Shown: one piece after another, positions 36,615 to 49,741 of the stretch
How the letters are laid out: every line of letters begins with the position of its first letter
Position numbering within the stretch: position 1 is the stretch's first letter
Program-made: the position numbers and the translations under genes
The notes under the pieces: model-generated
Database searches by the model: none
Told to the model about the DNA's origin: nothing
What the model saw: only the letters and a program-made list of their open reading frames with translations
Origin: Mobula hypostoma
Taxonomy: Eukaryota
Direction of reading: 5' to 3'
DNA: 64,000 nucleotides
NCBI RefSeq assembly: GCF_963921235.1
Contig: NC_086098.1
Span: 2,728,001-2,792,000 of the forward strand

Positions 36615-36895
36615 TATTTAGTTAGAGATACAGCATAGAACAAGCCCTTCTGCCCAATGAGCTGCACCACCCAGCAACTCATCTATTAAACCCCAATCAC
36701 AGGACAATTTACAATCACTAATTAACCTACAAACCGGTATGTCTTTAGACTGTGTTAGGAAATTGGAACACCCGGAGGAAATCCACGTGTTCACGGGGAG
36801 AACATACAAACTCCTTACAGACAGCACTGGAATTGAACTGCAAACTCTGATGACCCGGGCTGCAATAGTGTTGCACTGACTGCTACGCCACCCAT
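36615..36895 (-). mobile_element. V-SINE
   Basis: CACCCGGAGGAAATCCACGTGTTCACGGGGAGAACATACAAACTCCTTACAG is the reverse-complemented V core. Confidence 0.85.
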
Positions 36896-37994
36896 GACAC
36901 TCCTAGTTTTAATGTCCCGAAACATGGAACATTCTGCCTTACTGATTCTAGTTATTAGCACATGGCATGGGAACAGCTGTCGATACTTATTTCAGGACAA
37001 GTAAATCAGATTTACTTTCTCTGATTGTATCAGTAATTGAAAACTGAATATGAATTATTGAAAATTACGCGGCAACATTTTCTGCTTCATATGACTGTTT
37101 AAAGATTTAAGACAGGCTCTTCAGTAAAAGTATCTCAGTAGCATTTAGTAGTTGTACTCCAAACAGAAATTGGATTCATTTTCATATGAGCGTATGATGT
37201 CTGTAATCCTATGGTAGAAGACAAAAAAACTTAAACGAAGTGTAAACCTGAAGCCTAGTCTCATCATTTTGCAATCTCACATTTAAACACACGGTGGAAA
37301 TACTAAAACAAATATAAAAAATAATAATAACAAATAAATAAGCATTAAATACAGGGAACATGAGATGAAGAGTCCTTCCTTGAAAGTGAGTCTTTAGGTT
37401 GTGGGACAGAATTCAATGTTTGGATAACAATTTAGGTACCTGGTCGGATCGAAAAGGTCAGGATGGCGGGGCCCGAGGCAAGGGACGAGCTAATTCAGTT
37501 CACTGCTATGCAAAGTTTACTTGGTTCTGCAGTGACCAAAGGTCTGTAGATGGACTCCCTTTGTGGACTTCAGTTCAGAACGTTATTTGCTTGCTTTTAT
37601 TGTTTGCATGGTTTTTTTTCTCTGCACATTGGGTGTTTGAATTTTTTTTTAATGGGTTCTTTTGGGTTTCTTTGTTTGATGGCTGCCTGCAAGGAGACAA
37701 ATGTCAAGTTTGTATGTAATATACATACTCTGATAACAAATGTACTTTCAGCTTTAAACATATTGATGCAGTACTTCATTAGGAGTTCGGGGAGATTCGG
37801 TACGTCACTAAAAACTCTATCGCAGAATGGAAAGCATCTTGACTGGTTGCAAACTGCCTGATATGGAGGGACCTCTGCACAGGATTGAGTGAGACTGCAG
37901 AATGTTGTAGACTAAGCCAGCTTCATCATGGGCACTAACCTCCTCACCATCCTCAAGAAGATGGCATCCATTGTTAAGGACCGTCACCATCATG

Positions 37995-38450
37995 AACATT
38001 GCTTCTCTAACTTCTGCTAATGCCCCACCTCCCCCTTGTACCCCATCTGTTATTTATTTATATAAACACATTCTTTCCCTCACTCTCCTTTTTCTCCCTC
38101 TGTCCCTCTGACTATACCCCTTGCCCATCCTCTGGGCTTCCCCCCCCCTTTTCCTCCTCGTTGGGCCTCCCATCCCATGATCCTCTCGTATCCCCTTTGC
38201 CAATCACCTGTCCAGCTCTTGGCTCCATCCCTCCCCCTCCTGTCTTCTCCTATCATTTTGGATCTCTCCCTCCCCCTCCCAAATTCAAATCTCTTACTAG
38301 CTCTTCCTTCAGTTAGTCCTGACGAAGGGTCTCGGCCTGAAACGTCGACTGCGCCTCTTCCTATAGATGCTGCCTGGCCTGCTGCGTTCACCAGCAACTT
38401 TGATGTGTGTTGTTTGTATTTCCAACATCTGCAGAATTCCTCGTGTTTGA
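37995..38450 (+). mobile_element. Penelope 3' end / pseudo-LTR (well preserved)
   Basis: End of ORF (FSNFC*), pyrimidine tract, intact hammerhead, terminal CATCTGCAGAATTCCTCGTGTTT. Confidence 0.9.
38315..38350 (+). ncRNA. Minimal type I hammerhead ribozyme
   Basis: AGTC-CTGACGA-AGGGTCTCGGCCT-GAAA-CGTC-GACT: CUGANGA and GAAA cores, helix I AGTC/GACT, helix II AGG/CCT, palindromic ACGT helix III, GUC cleavage triplet ending at 38346. Confidence 0.85.
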
Positions 38451-38924
38451 GATCTTATGACATATGTCTGTGAGAATAAACCTAATTCTGATTCGGACAC
38501 AAGCAGAGCAGGATCGTTCGAGGGATAAAGGAAAGAGTGTCACAATGAAGTCATAAGGTGGCAAGAGATTTTAAATTCTAACATTACCTTGTATCGTTTA
38601 AAATCAACTAACATTTTTGAAGCAACACAAGTTTCCTTTTTCGAGAACAAGACTGCTCTTGGCATGAGGCCAATATATGACTGCTGAACTACGATCTCCT
38701 AAAGCCTACTACAGCCCACTGGTAGCTTGAATTGGTGCGACGTCTGTGTTTATTTGGTGCTTACAACAATTCTAGCAAAAATCTGACTAGCTATTTATGC
38801 CTCAAAATTCTAATATAGATAATGAAGCATGTCGTATGGGTATGAGCTGTTAGCCCCTCTGCTGGAAGCTTTGCTCTTTGAAGAACTTTGTATGTGTAAC
38901 TGTTAACTGTGATAGCTTGTTATC

Positions 38925-39570
38925 TAAAACTTTGACAAACTTCTACAGAAGTGTGGTGGAGTATAAACTGACTTGTTCAATCCATCCTGCTATGGAAATA
39001 CTAATGCCTTAAAAAGGAAATAATCTAGAAAAAGTGGTAGATACAGCCCAGTCCATCACAGGTAAAGCCCTCCCCACCAATCAGCACATTTACAAGGAGT
39101 GCTGTCCCAGGAAAGTTGCATCCGTCATCAAAAACCCCCACCATGCAGTCTTCACATTGCTGCCAGCAATAAGGAGGTACAGGAGCCTCAGGATTTACAC
39201 CACCAGGTTTAGGAACAGTTATTACCCCTCAACCAGCAGGCTCTTGAACCCAAGGGGCCAACTCCACTCACATCAACACTAAACTGATTCCACAACCTAT
39301 GGACTCTACAATTCATGTTTTTGATACTTTATTTACTTATTTATTTGTTTTAATTTCTATTTGCATAATTTGTTGTCTTTTTCATGGTGGTTGGTTGTCT
39401 GTCCTTGTATGTGTCTTTCATTGATTCTATTGTATTTCTTTCTTTTACTGTGAATAGCCACAACAAAATGAATCTCAGGGTAGTAGCAATTTTCTACAGA
39501 TGTACCATGGAGGGCAGCACCTCCTGGTTCAGAAGCTCCAATGATGATAAACTTACTTTGAACTTTTGTC
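38925..39570 (+). mobile_element. Rex1/Babar 3' portion
   Basis: ORF 39034..39282 VDTAQSITGKALP..LLPAIRRYRSLR..RFRNSYYP; (ACTTTG)n tail. Confidence 0.85.
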
Positions 39571-41944
39571 CTTCTTTCTGAGAATGTGCTCCAGGTAATG
39601 TAAGCCATGGATTTGTCTTTGTCTCTGCTGGTGAGTTTGGTGATGAAAGGGGTTGGGGATGGATAGGACTGGCTGAGCATTGTGGGAAGGATCAAACAGG
39701 AGTGTCAGAAATGTTGGAATGTGAAAAATTGGGCTTTGATGGATGGGAAAGAAGAGAGCTATTAGATGAGTAAGATTCAAAGAGAGAAGAAAACCTAGAG
39801 GTTGACCTACCTCTGGCCACATGCTGAGGCTAATGAGGAGAGAGTTATTTATTTCATGGGGCGGAACAGCACAGGGTTGAGTGGGAGCATGGTGAACAGA
39901 GGCTGGTGGAAAAGTGATGGGGTGTGGTGCGGGATTGTGCTGTGCATTCTACTGCAAAAGGCCAAAAGTAAGTAATTTGTTTAATTCACAAATAGCATAG
40001 TCAAACACTGTGTTGACTGCCCGAAGGGTGCCAACAAGACATGGTAAAGCATTGTGTCAACTCACTGTCAGAAGTGCCTTTTGAATTTCCAAAGCAATGC
40101 AAAACAACACAGAAATGGTCACTCTGAATAAAAAAACAAACTCAATCCTCAGTTGCATTGTGCTGAAAACAGACAGCATATACAATTGAATATTAGAAAA
40201 TATATTCAAATTCAGAAGACAAAATGAAATTACCAAACATATTCTATGAATGTTGAACACTTTGATATGAATTGTGGGAACAGTGAATCATGCAATATTC
40301 CAGAGAGATCTATTTTGATGTTTCATCCAAATAAAAGCAGAAAGAGAGGTAACCTAAACACTTGGAGAACATCAGCTTGGATTGATTTATTTATTTGTTT
40401 GTTTGTTTATTGAGATACTGCACAGAACAGGCCCCTGAGGCCTTTTGATTTGTGCTGCCCGGCAATCCCAATTTAACCCTAGTCTAATCAGAGGAAAATT
40501 TACAATGAGTAATTAACCCACTAACCGATAGATCTTTGGACTGTAAGAGGAAACCGGAGCTGTAGCAGGAAACCCAAGTGGTCATGGGTAAAACGGACAA
40601 ACACCCTACAGGCAGCAAAGGAATTGAAGTCAACCTGGCTATACTGTTGGTGATTAATAATGACTGGAAAGTAAGGTGTTCCTGTTGGAGTACAGTTACC
40701 CATTGGGATGTGATTGAAAAGGTTTTCTTATTGGAGTAGAGTTCGAAGTTAGCAATGAATTATTCATTTGTCGCAGAATCATATGTGTTTGAGTGAGGAA
40801 TGCAATGGTAACCAATTGTTGCTCACACTGTTTCACTTTCTCCCAACTCCTAAAACATATTTTAAAATCTTGGTTTTCTGGTTCAGCCTTATTACTAGAC
40901 CTTTCTCATGTCTCGTGATGAAAGGATACCAAATGATCTTTCTGCAGAAGTAATGATTATTAACACTGCAATGGTGGTCACCTCCACTCATTGACTTTCT
41001 GAAGGACAGAAGCTTATTTGTGATTAAAGATGAGTTTACACTCTCCAATTCCTTTTTTTTTGAATTATTTTATTTAGTGATACATTGTGGAGCAGGCACT
41101 TCTGGCCAACAAGCTGCACTGCTCAATCACAGGACAATTTACAATGACCAATTAACTTACTATCCGGTACGTTTTGGGACTGTGGAAGGAAACCCACGTG
41201 GATTATGGAGATACTCCTTATGTGGATTAGGAAATCCATTCCGAACTGTGGAACGCCCTGAACTGTAATTGTATCGTATTAACTGCTACATTACCATGGC
41301 TATCTGAGGGACATTATTTAATCCATAAAAGATTGTTATCATACAATTAAATGTCTAGGTCACTGATAATGATTGGTTTCATTATAACCCCCGTCTAAAT
41401 GTACCCAATCACTCAGCCAATGTTTCATAAATAAATAAATCTATCCAATCACTCACTTAATATTTGATAATCTACCCAACTGTTCAGCTAATATTCATGA
41501 TATGCTACCATCAGCAATGCCAATTTTCCCAAGATTGTCTGAGGACCTTAATAAAAGGTTCATCTTCTGTGAGGTATCCAGAAAATAACAGTGGAAGCAT
41601 TAACAAAATTGAGTACCTTTTCATTTTCTCTGAACTATCTTTTGGGTTTACCATGAGTGAAAATATCTGTCCTTAACAATCAGGGCCATTTTGACAGAGT
41701 ATGACATTAAGGAGCGCTGGTGAAAATGAAGTCGATGGGAATCAAAGTAATCATCTCTAGACTGGTTGGAGTTGTAAACAGCACAGAGAAAATAGTTGCT
41801 GAATCAACTCTGCTCTCAGTCATCATGGTAGAAGCTCATCTCATGCCTAACCATGCTTCGTAACCTCAACTAAAGCTTCCCTTCCATACGAAGTTGGATG
41901 TTGGGATTATTTTTTGGGTGTGATCACTTGAGTCAAGTGTAATG

Positions 41945-42320
41945 TTCTCCCAAGGGGTTATTCCCTTCATGGAGATTGCAGTGTGTAACTTTTGTTTAAC
42001 CTGAGGAGGTTAATAGATGGGCAGTCACTGCATGGTCCTTGACAGATCGGGGTCAGGATCCAGAGACATGGAGTGTAAGACGACTAGGGACCCTTCACTC
42101 CGCAGCCTTCCACTGCCTTCACTGCCATTGTGACTTTTCATCCTCTTCCACCGGCTCCATCGGTGTGGTCTTGTTTGGACCGCTCTTTCTCTGGAACCTT
42201 CCCCGTGAACTTACCACCATGGCTGACCCTACCAGGAGTTAAGCTTTGGACAGCTTCGATCTCGGGATCTCAGGAATTCACAAGCTTTTCCACCACGACA
42301 AGGTGTCGATCCTCAGAGAA
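41945..42320 (-). mobile_element. RTE (Expander/Rex3-like) 5'-UTR-derived short element
   Basis: Minus strand CACCTTGTCGTGGTGGAAAAGCTTG..CTCCTGGTAGGGTCAGCCATGG..CCAGAGAAAGAGCGGTCCAAA resembles RTE 5' ends as I recall them; related to 50600-50920. Confidence 0.6.
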
Positions 42321-42330
42321 GCTTAGGGCG

Positions 42331-42586
42331 TGGGGATGCATGAAGATGAATCCGGGGGGGCGGGGGGGGAATGCATGAGGATGAATCCGGGGGGCGGGGG
42401 GGGGGATGCATGAGGATGAATCCGGGGGGCGGGGGGGGGAATGCATGAGGATGAATCCGGGGGGCGGGGGGGGGATGCATGAGGATGAATCCGGGGGCCG
42501 GGGGGGGATGCATGAAGATGAATCCGGGGGCCGGGGGGGGGATGCATGAAGATGAATCCGGGGGGCGGGGGGGGGCGGGGGGGGGC
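42331..42586 (+). repeat. G-rich minisatellite of about 34 bp, 7 units
   Basis: (ATGCATGARGATGAATCC-G5-7-C-G8-10)n. Confidence 0.95.
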
Positions 42587-43164
42587 ATCTTACATGCAAC
42601 GTGAGTGTGGCAAGTTCTTTACGCAGAGTGGTAGGTGATTGGAATGGATTACCAGGGGTAGTAGAGGTAGCAGAAAATTTACTGAAATTTAGGAAGCATT
42701 TAGGTAAACATGTGGATATTAAGGGTATGTACTGTATGGCACACAGGTGGAGGACATTTAATATAAATTGGCATCAAGTTTGACACAACATTCTGTGCAG
42801 ACTAGCCTTTCCAAGGCAGCACTGTCCTGTATTCAATGTCTATGTTCTAAATTAGGCTGTGGACAGCAGATTTTGTCTTCAAGTTTGAGAAGTGCTGAAT
42901 GCATAAGGAATTTCTTTGGAAATAGCCACATCCACCGCTAACCATGGCCCAGTTGAGGTTTTCACCAGCAGAGGAGCGGACACCAAGAACAAATCAGAAG
43001 AAGCTATATAGAGCAAATATTATATTCATAATAATAGAACTCCAAAAGATTGTCCCGCACACAGGAACATAGAAGTGTAAGAACCACAGAGGTGGTACAT
43101 AAATACAATAGGCATGTGTTCAAAGTTCAAAGCAAATGTATTTCCTAAGTATGCATGTGGAGGA

Positions 43165-43635
43165 GATGGTATGAATTGAGAAGCCGGGAGGTGAAAGGTG
43201 GGGAAGATAAAGGGCTGGAAAAGAAAGAGGAGAGTAAACCACAGGTGAAAGGGAAGGAGGAGGGGTACTGCGGGAGCTGGTAGGCTGGTGAGGAGAAGAC
43301 GTATGAGGCCAGAGTGGGGAAATGAAGAAGATGGAAAAGGGAGGGGGAAAACATTGCTGGAAGTTAGAGAAAACATCAAGAAAAATCCCCTCTGAGCTTC
43401 TAACTTCATTCTCCCTCCCCCACCCACCTGGCTTCACCTATCACCTTCCAGCTTGTGCTCCTTCCCCAGCTTCTAATTCTGGCATCTCCCCCCTTCCATT
43501 CCAGCCCTGATGAAGGGTCTCAGCCCAAAACATTGACTGTTTATCCATTTCCATTGATGCTGCCTGACCTGCTGAGATCCTCCTGCATTGTGTGTGTATT
43601 GCTGTGGATTCCCAGCATCTGTAGAATCTCTTACG
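43165..43635. mobile_element. Penelope LTR pair in inverted orientation
   Basis: Purine-rich minus piece 43165-43375, plus piece 43390-43635 with AGCCCTGATGAAGGGTCTCAGCCCAAAACATTGACT. Confidence 0.8.
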
Positions 43636-44733
43636 TTAAAAACCAAGCAACACAAGAATACACAGGAAAAGCTTCTGGAAGATAACCCAATTCAGCCAAG
43701 CAGGTTCATCCTCATTTTTCTGAGGCTGTCCAACAGTTGGAAACCAACAGAAGTTACCAATTTGCCTCTGAATGATTGAACGAGGAAGGAAGTTGAATTC
43801 CACTCTATCATATTTATGCGATATAAATGTAGTTGCATAAAGGAAAAGCAACACTGTTATCTGCAGTTTCTCGCTCTGCAGGTAACAAGCATACCTTTGG
43901 AGCCTCATTAGCATATTAACCCTGCCAGCATAATGATGTGATCTTCATTTAAATTCTGCCATTCAACTGTAAAATATCTACCAACAAAAAGACCATCAGA
44001 AAGGTAGTTTACAAGTTTATTGAGACGATGCAAATGAAAAATTACATTCATTTTGAAGAGAATATTGTTATTTGTTGCAATTTTAAGTTGTTTGTTTTAC
44101 TGGGAATCAAATCAATCTGAAAGTGCTATTCAGTCTAGATGGACTATTGTCAAAGCTTGTATACCATGGCATGTTGATTTATAGCAAAGAGCTTCACGAC
44201 TTCAGTACTTTTAACAATATATAGTTGAATATAGACAATTCACACAGTAACACGGCCAAGTGCAAGACTTGAAAGTAATCTGATAAGCAAAGAGCTCGGG
44301 GCTGGAACAGAACAAATACTGAATAGGCCACTGAATTGTGGCTTTTTGGGCCTCATCTGTGGATTAATTATATTAGATTGATGTTACATTGGAAATTAGC
44401 TCAAATATGCAATTCACCTCAAAGTCAGAGGGCTCTTTGGCAAGTGCCTGTTACTTCACAGGCTGCCAAAATCATTTTTTTGTGGTAATTACATCTCAAA
44501 AATCATTATTCATGTATATAATTAATAATAGACTACAGGTGTCAGAAGGGTTATGATACTGATTATTTAAATAGTTGATTATTATATTAGAGGACTACTT
44601 AAATTCAATTTAGTGGACTCAAGCCCAAATCTTGCAAAATGATTTCAATCTGGTCGCGCGAAGTACAATATAAAAGTATGATTATTCACAGTTCGAATAG
44701 ATACCATAGTGTAGCAGTCAGCATGACACCATT

Positions 44734-47488
44734 ACATAGAACATAGAACATAGAACGTAGAATAGTGCAACACAGTACAGGCCCTTCGGCCCACCATGTT
44801 GTGCCGACCCTCAAACCCTGCCTCCCGTATAAACCCCCACCGTAAATTCCTCCATATACCTGTCTAGTAGTCTCTTAAACTTCACTAGTGTATCTGCCTC
44901 CACCACTGACTCAGGCAGGGCATGCCACACACCAACCACTCTCTGAGTAAAAAACCTTCCTCTAATATCCCCCTTCAACTTCCCACCCCGTACCTTAAAG
45001 CCATGTCCTCTTGTATTGAGCACTGGTGCCCTGGGGAAGAGGCGCTGGCTATCCACTCTATCTATTCCTCTTAATATCTTGTACACCTCTATCATGTCTC
45101 CTCTCATCCTCCTTCTCTCCAAAGAGTAAAGCCCGAGTTCCCTTAATCTCTGATCATAATGCATACTCTCTAAACCAGGCAGCATCCTGGTAAATCTCCT
45201 CTGTACCCTTTCCAATGCTTCCACATCCTTCCTATAGTGGGGCGACCAGAACTGGACACAGTACTCCAAGTGTGGCCTAACCAGAGTTTTATAGAGCTGG
45301 ATTATTACTTCGCGACTCTTAAACTCTATCCCTCGACCTATAAAAGCTAACACCCCATAAGCTTTCTTAACTACCCTATCTACCTGTGAGGCAACTTTCA
45401 GGGATCTGTGGACATGTACCCCCAGATCCTTCTGCTCCTCCACACTACCAAGTATCCTGCAGTTTACTTTGTACTCTGCCTTGGAGTTTGTCCTTCCAAA
45501 GTGTACCACCTCACACTTCTCCGGGTTGAACTCCATCTGTCACTTCTCAGCCCACTTCTGCATCCTATCAATGTCTCTCTGCAATCTTAGACAATCCTCT
45601 ACATTATCCACAACACCACCAACCTTTGTGTCATCTGCAAACTTGCCAACCCACTCTTCTACCCCAACATCCAGGTCGTTAATAAAAATCACGAAAAGTA
45701 AAGGTCCCAGAACCGATCCTTATGGGACACAACTAGTCACAATCCAAATGTACTCCCTCAACCACGACCCTCTGCTTTCTGCAGGCAAGCCAATTCTGAA
45801 TCCACCTGGCCAAACTTCCCTGGATCCCATGCCTTCCGACTTTCTGAGTAAGCCTACCGTGTGGAACCTTGTCAAATGCCTTACTAAAATCCATGTAGAT
45901 CACATCCACGGTACTACCCTCATCTATATGCCTGGTCACCTCCTCAAAGAACTCTATCAGGGTTGTTAGACACGATCTGCCCTTCACAAAGTCATGCTGA
46001 CTGTCTCTGATCAGACCATGATTCTCTAAATGCCCATAGATCCTATCTCTAAGAATCTTTTCCAACAGCTTTCCCACCACAGACGTAAGGCTCACTGGTC
46101 TATAATTACCCGGACTATCCCTACTACCTTTTTTGAACAAGGGGATAACATTCGCCTCCCTCCAATCTTCCGGTACCATTTCCATGGACAACAAGGACAT
46201 AAAGATACTAGCCTGAGGCTCAGCAATCTCTTCCTTTGCCTCATGGAGCAGCCTGGGGAATATTCCGTCAGGCCCTGGGGACTTATCCATCTTAATGTAT
46301 TTTAACAACTCCAACATCTCCTCTCCCTTAATATCAACATGCTCCAGAACATCAACCTCACTCATATTGTCCTCACCGTCATCAAGTTCCCTTTCATTGG
46401 TGAATACCGAAGAGAAGTATTCATTTAGGACCTCATTCACTTCCACAGCCTCCAGGCACATCTTCCCACCTTTATCTTTAATCGGTCCTACCTTCACTCC
46501 TGTCATCCTTTTGTTCTTCACATAATTGAAGAATGCTTTGGGGTTTTCCTTTACCCTACTCACCAAGGCCTTCTCATGCCCCCTTCTTGCTCTTCTCAGC
46601 CCCTTCTTAAGCTCCTTTCTTGCTTCCCTATATTCCTCAATAAACCCATCTGATCCTTGCTTCCTAAACCTCATGTATGCTGCCTTCTTCCACCTGACTA
46701 GATTTTCCACCTCACTTGTCACCCATGGTTCCTTCACCCGACCATTCTATATCTTCCTCACTGGGACAAATTTATCCCTAACATCCTGCAAGAGATCTCT
46801 AAACATCGACCACATGTCCATAGTACATTTCCCTGCAAAAACATCATCCCAATTCACACCCGCAAGTTCTAGCCTTATAGCCTCATAATTTGCCCTTCCC
46901 CAATTAAAAATTTTCCTGTGCTCTCTGATTCTATCCTTTTCCATGATAATGCTAAAGGCCAGGGAGCGGTGGTCCCTGTCCCCCAGATGCTCACACACTG
47001 AGAGATCTGTGACCTGACCCAGTTCATTACCTGGTACTAGATCTAGTATGGCATTCCCTCTAGTCGGCCTGTCCACATACTGTGACAGGAATCCGTCCTG
47101 GACACACTTAACAAACTCTGCCCCATCTAAACCCTTGGAACTAATCAGGTGCCAATCAATATTAGGGAAGTTAAAGTCACCCATGATAACAACCCTGTTA
47201 TTTTTGCACCTTTCCAAAATCTGCCTCCCAATCTGCTCCTCTGTATCTCTGCTGCTACCAGGGGGCCTGTAGAATACCCCCAGTAGAGTAACTGCTCCCT
47301 TCCTGTTCCTGACCTCCACCCATATTGACTCAAAAGAGGATCCAGCTCCATTACCCACCCTTTCTGTAGCTGTAATAGTATCCCTGACCAGTAATGCCAC
47401 CCCTCCTCCCCTTTTTCTGCCCTCCCTATCCCTTTTTAAGCACTGAAATCCAGGAATATTGAGAATCCATTCCTGCCCTGGTGCCAGC
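44734..47488 (-). mobile_element. CR1 LINE, 5'-truncated ORF2 pseudogene (APE endonuclease, RT, C-terminus)
   Basis: ORFs 46747..47400 (GVFYRPP, MGDFNFP, ILDL, DH), 45733..46737 (KSPGPDGI, NYRPVSLTS, YMDFSKAFDKVPH) and 44811..45536; three nonsense codons and one small frameshifting deletion; (TTCTATG)n tail. Confidence 0.97.
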
Positions 47489-47725
47489 TCAGGGCACCAG
47501 AGATCAGAGATCAGACTTCATTTCCAGTGTCTTCTGTAAGGAACTTCTGCATCTTCCTCCCGATGCTCCAGTTTCCTCCCACAGTCCAAAGATGTGCCAG
47601 TTGGTAGGTTAATTGGTCATTTTAAATTGTCCCGTGGTTAGGTCAGGGTTAAATAGGTGGGTTCCTGTGTGGTGCAGCTCGTTGTGTGGGAAGGGCCTAT
47701 TCCACACAGTATCTTTAAATAAATG
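47486..47725 (+). mobile_element. V-SINE body whose head (about 44700-44736) lies on the other side of the CR1 insertion
   Basis: TAGTGTAGCAGTCAGCATGACACCATTACA joined to GCTCAGGGC.. reconstitutes the head seen intact at 31125-31200. Confidence 0.8.
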
Positions 47726-48449
47726 AAAAAGGAAATAAATCTAAATAAAACAACAAGAAAATAATAAATAAGGAAAGAACAAATGTAAGAAAGAAAGAAT
47801 GAAAGATAGAACATAGAATATAGAACAGTACAGCACATTGGCCCACAATGTCGTGCCAAACCAATTAAATTAGTAAACAAATGACCAACTAAACTAATCC
47901 CTTCTGCCTACACAGTGTCCACATCCTTCCATTTTCATCACATTCACGTGCCATCTAAATGTTGTTTAAAAATGCCTAATATATCTGCCTCTACCACCAC
48001 CCCAGGCAGTACATTCCAGGCACTCACCACTCACTGGATAAAAAACTTTGCTTATTTATTTAAATTTTATTTTAGATATACAGTGCAGACTAGGCTTACC
48101 GGCTCAATGAACCCCACTGGTTATAACCCACATATTTAACACTAGCCTAATTACTGCACAATTTAGAATGACCAATTAGCCTATGAGGCAGTACGTGTTT
48201 GGACTGTGGGAGGAACCCGGATCACCTGGAGAAACCCCACACGTTCATGGGGAGAATGTACCATCTCCTTACAAATGACGTTGGAGTTGAACTCCAAAGC
48301 CCAACACTCCGAGCGTCTTGCAAAGTACAAATCCTGCAAGGTAATTTCAATCTAACCATTTGAAATACAACATAAAAACAGAATTAATTACAGTTTGGAT
48401 AATGTTTATAGTCATTGCTAACATTTCATCTGTGAAATTTCTACCTCTC

Positions 48450-49140
48450 AGTATTTCCCAAAGCCTCGATCTGAAGGGTAATTAAGATCACTGAAGTCCT
48501 ATAATAAATAGATATTTCAATAAATGGAAATAAATGAATAGCTTCCGAGTGTGGAGGTACAAGAGAGCAGCCTTTCCACTGAGAATGGTCCCTCTGAAAG
48601 ATAAATCTCCAAATTTGTCCTGCCCTCCCCCAACACACATGCTCACTACAAACTAAAGTTGGATAAGGTGTTGTTGTGTTTGGCAGGATTAATGGATATT
48701 ATCATGTTAATGGATGTTTATGGTGTGGCTTGGAATAATCACGTGGTGGCTTGGACCTCTGGTCCCTCTGTGGCCACAGCTCCTCCATCAGCGTGCCAAG
48801 TAATTAACTATCTCTTTTTTCTCCCAATATGTTTTCGGATCCCTAATGAGTTGCAGATAAAGCAGCCGGAGAGGCTCCCGCCACATGCCACATCAATTTA
48901 TTCACTATTATAGTTCTGCACGTCACAATAGAAAAATTACATTACCAGGGCTGCAGCAGTCTTTAATCTGAAAACAAAACCATTGTATGAAGCCACACTT
49001 AACAGAGGCACTACAAGGTTGATGACGGATCTTAAAGCAGGGCTGGAGCTCATTACTTTTCCCAATTGTTATGAAGTTAATTGTAACGTGGAAAACAAGT
49101 CGACAATGTTTTCACATCATTCATTAACAGACTGCTTCGT
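48450..49140. promoter_or_regulatory. Candidate conserved non-coding element
   Basis: Repeat-free, non-coding, several TAATTA/TAATGG/GATAA motifs and CACGTG; conservation not tested. Confidence 0.4.
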
Positions 49141-49312
49141 TTGAATTTTAGTGTTTCCCACCAAAGGTTCTGAGACAACTTGACCAGACGAGTAAAAAGA
49201 GGCATATTTTAACAAAACATATCATCAGTATGAATGTAAACACAAGAGAATCTGCAGATGCTGGAAATCCACAGCAACACAGACAGATGCTGGAGGAACT
49301 CAGTAGGTCTGG

Positions 49313-49349
49313 AGTCCTGATGAAGGGTCTCATCCCGAAATGTCTCTCC
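49313..49349 (+). ncRNA. Minimal hammerhead motif in a Penelope LTR pair (49237-49397)
   Basis: AGTC-CTGATGA-AGGGTCTCATCCC-GAAA-TGTC; core intact, helix I imperfect. Confidence 0.6.
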
Positions 49350-49741
49350 ATAGATAATGCCGAACCTACTGAGATCCTCCAGCATTTTGTGCATGTTCAT
49401 CATTCAAAACATGCCTTTTCAAATCCACTCCTTGGATCCTAATTTGAATTTGATATTGTAATAGCTGCCGTAACTTCTTGCAGCACACACGACCTGAGTT
49501 CAATTCCTGCCGCTGGCTGTAAGGAGTTTTACATTCTCCCTGCTGCTGCGTGAGTTTCCTATGGGTGCTCTGGCTTCGAGATAGTGAATTGTGAGCATCC
49601 ACTTGCGGGCTGCCTGCAGTACATCCTCGCTCCGTGTTGATCATTGAAGCAAGTTACACCTTTCAAAGGATCTAGTGCTTTCCAGGCATTTGTGATGAAT
49701 TAACTCTTCATGGACTTCCAGCTGGGTACAGGTACCAATTA

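Noticed and set aside
42270..42599. Proline-rich protein ORFs
   Set aside because: Translations of the G-rich minisatellite in all three minus frames
44811..47400. Functional RT/endonuclease gene or novel RT-based system
   Set aside because: Ordinary CR1 ORF2, 5'-truncated, with three stop codons and a frameshift
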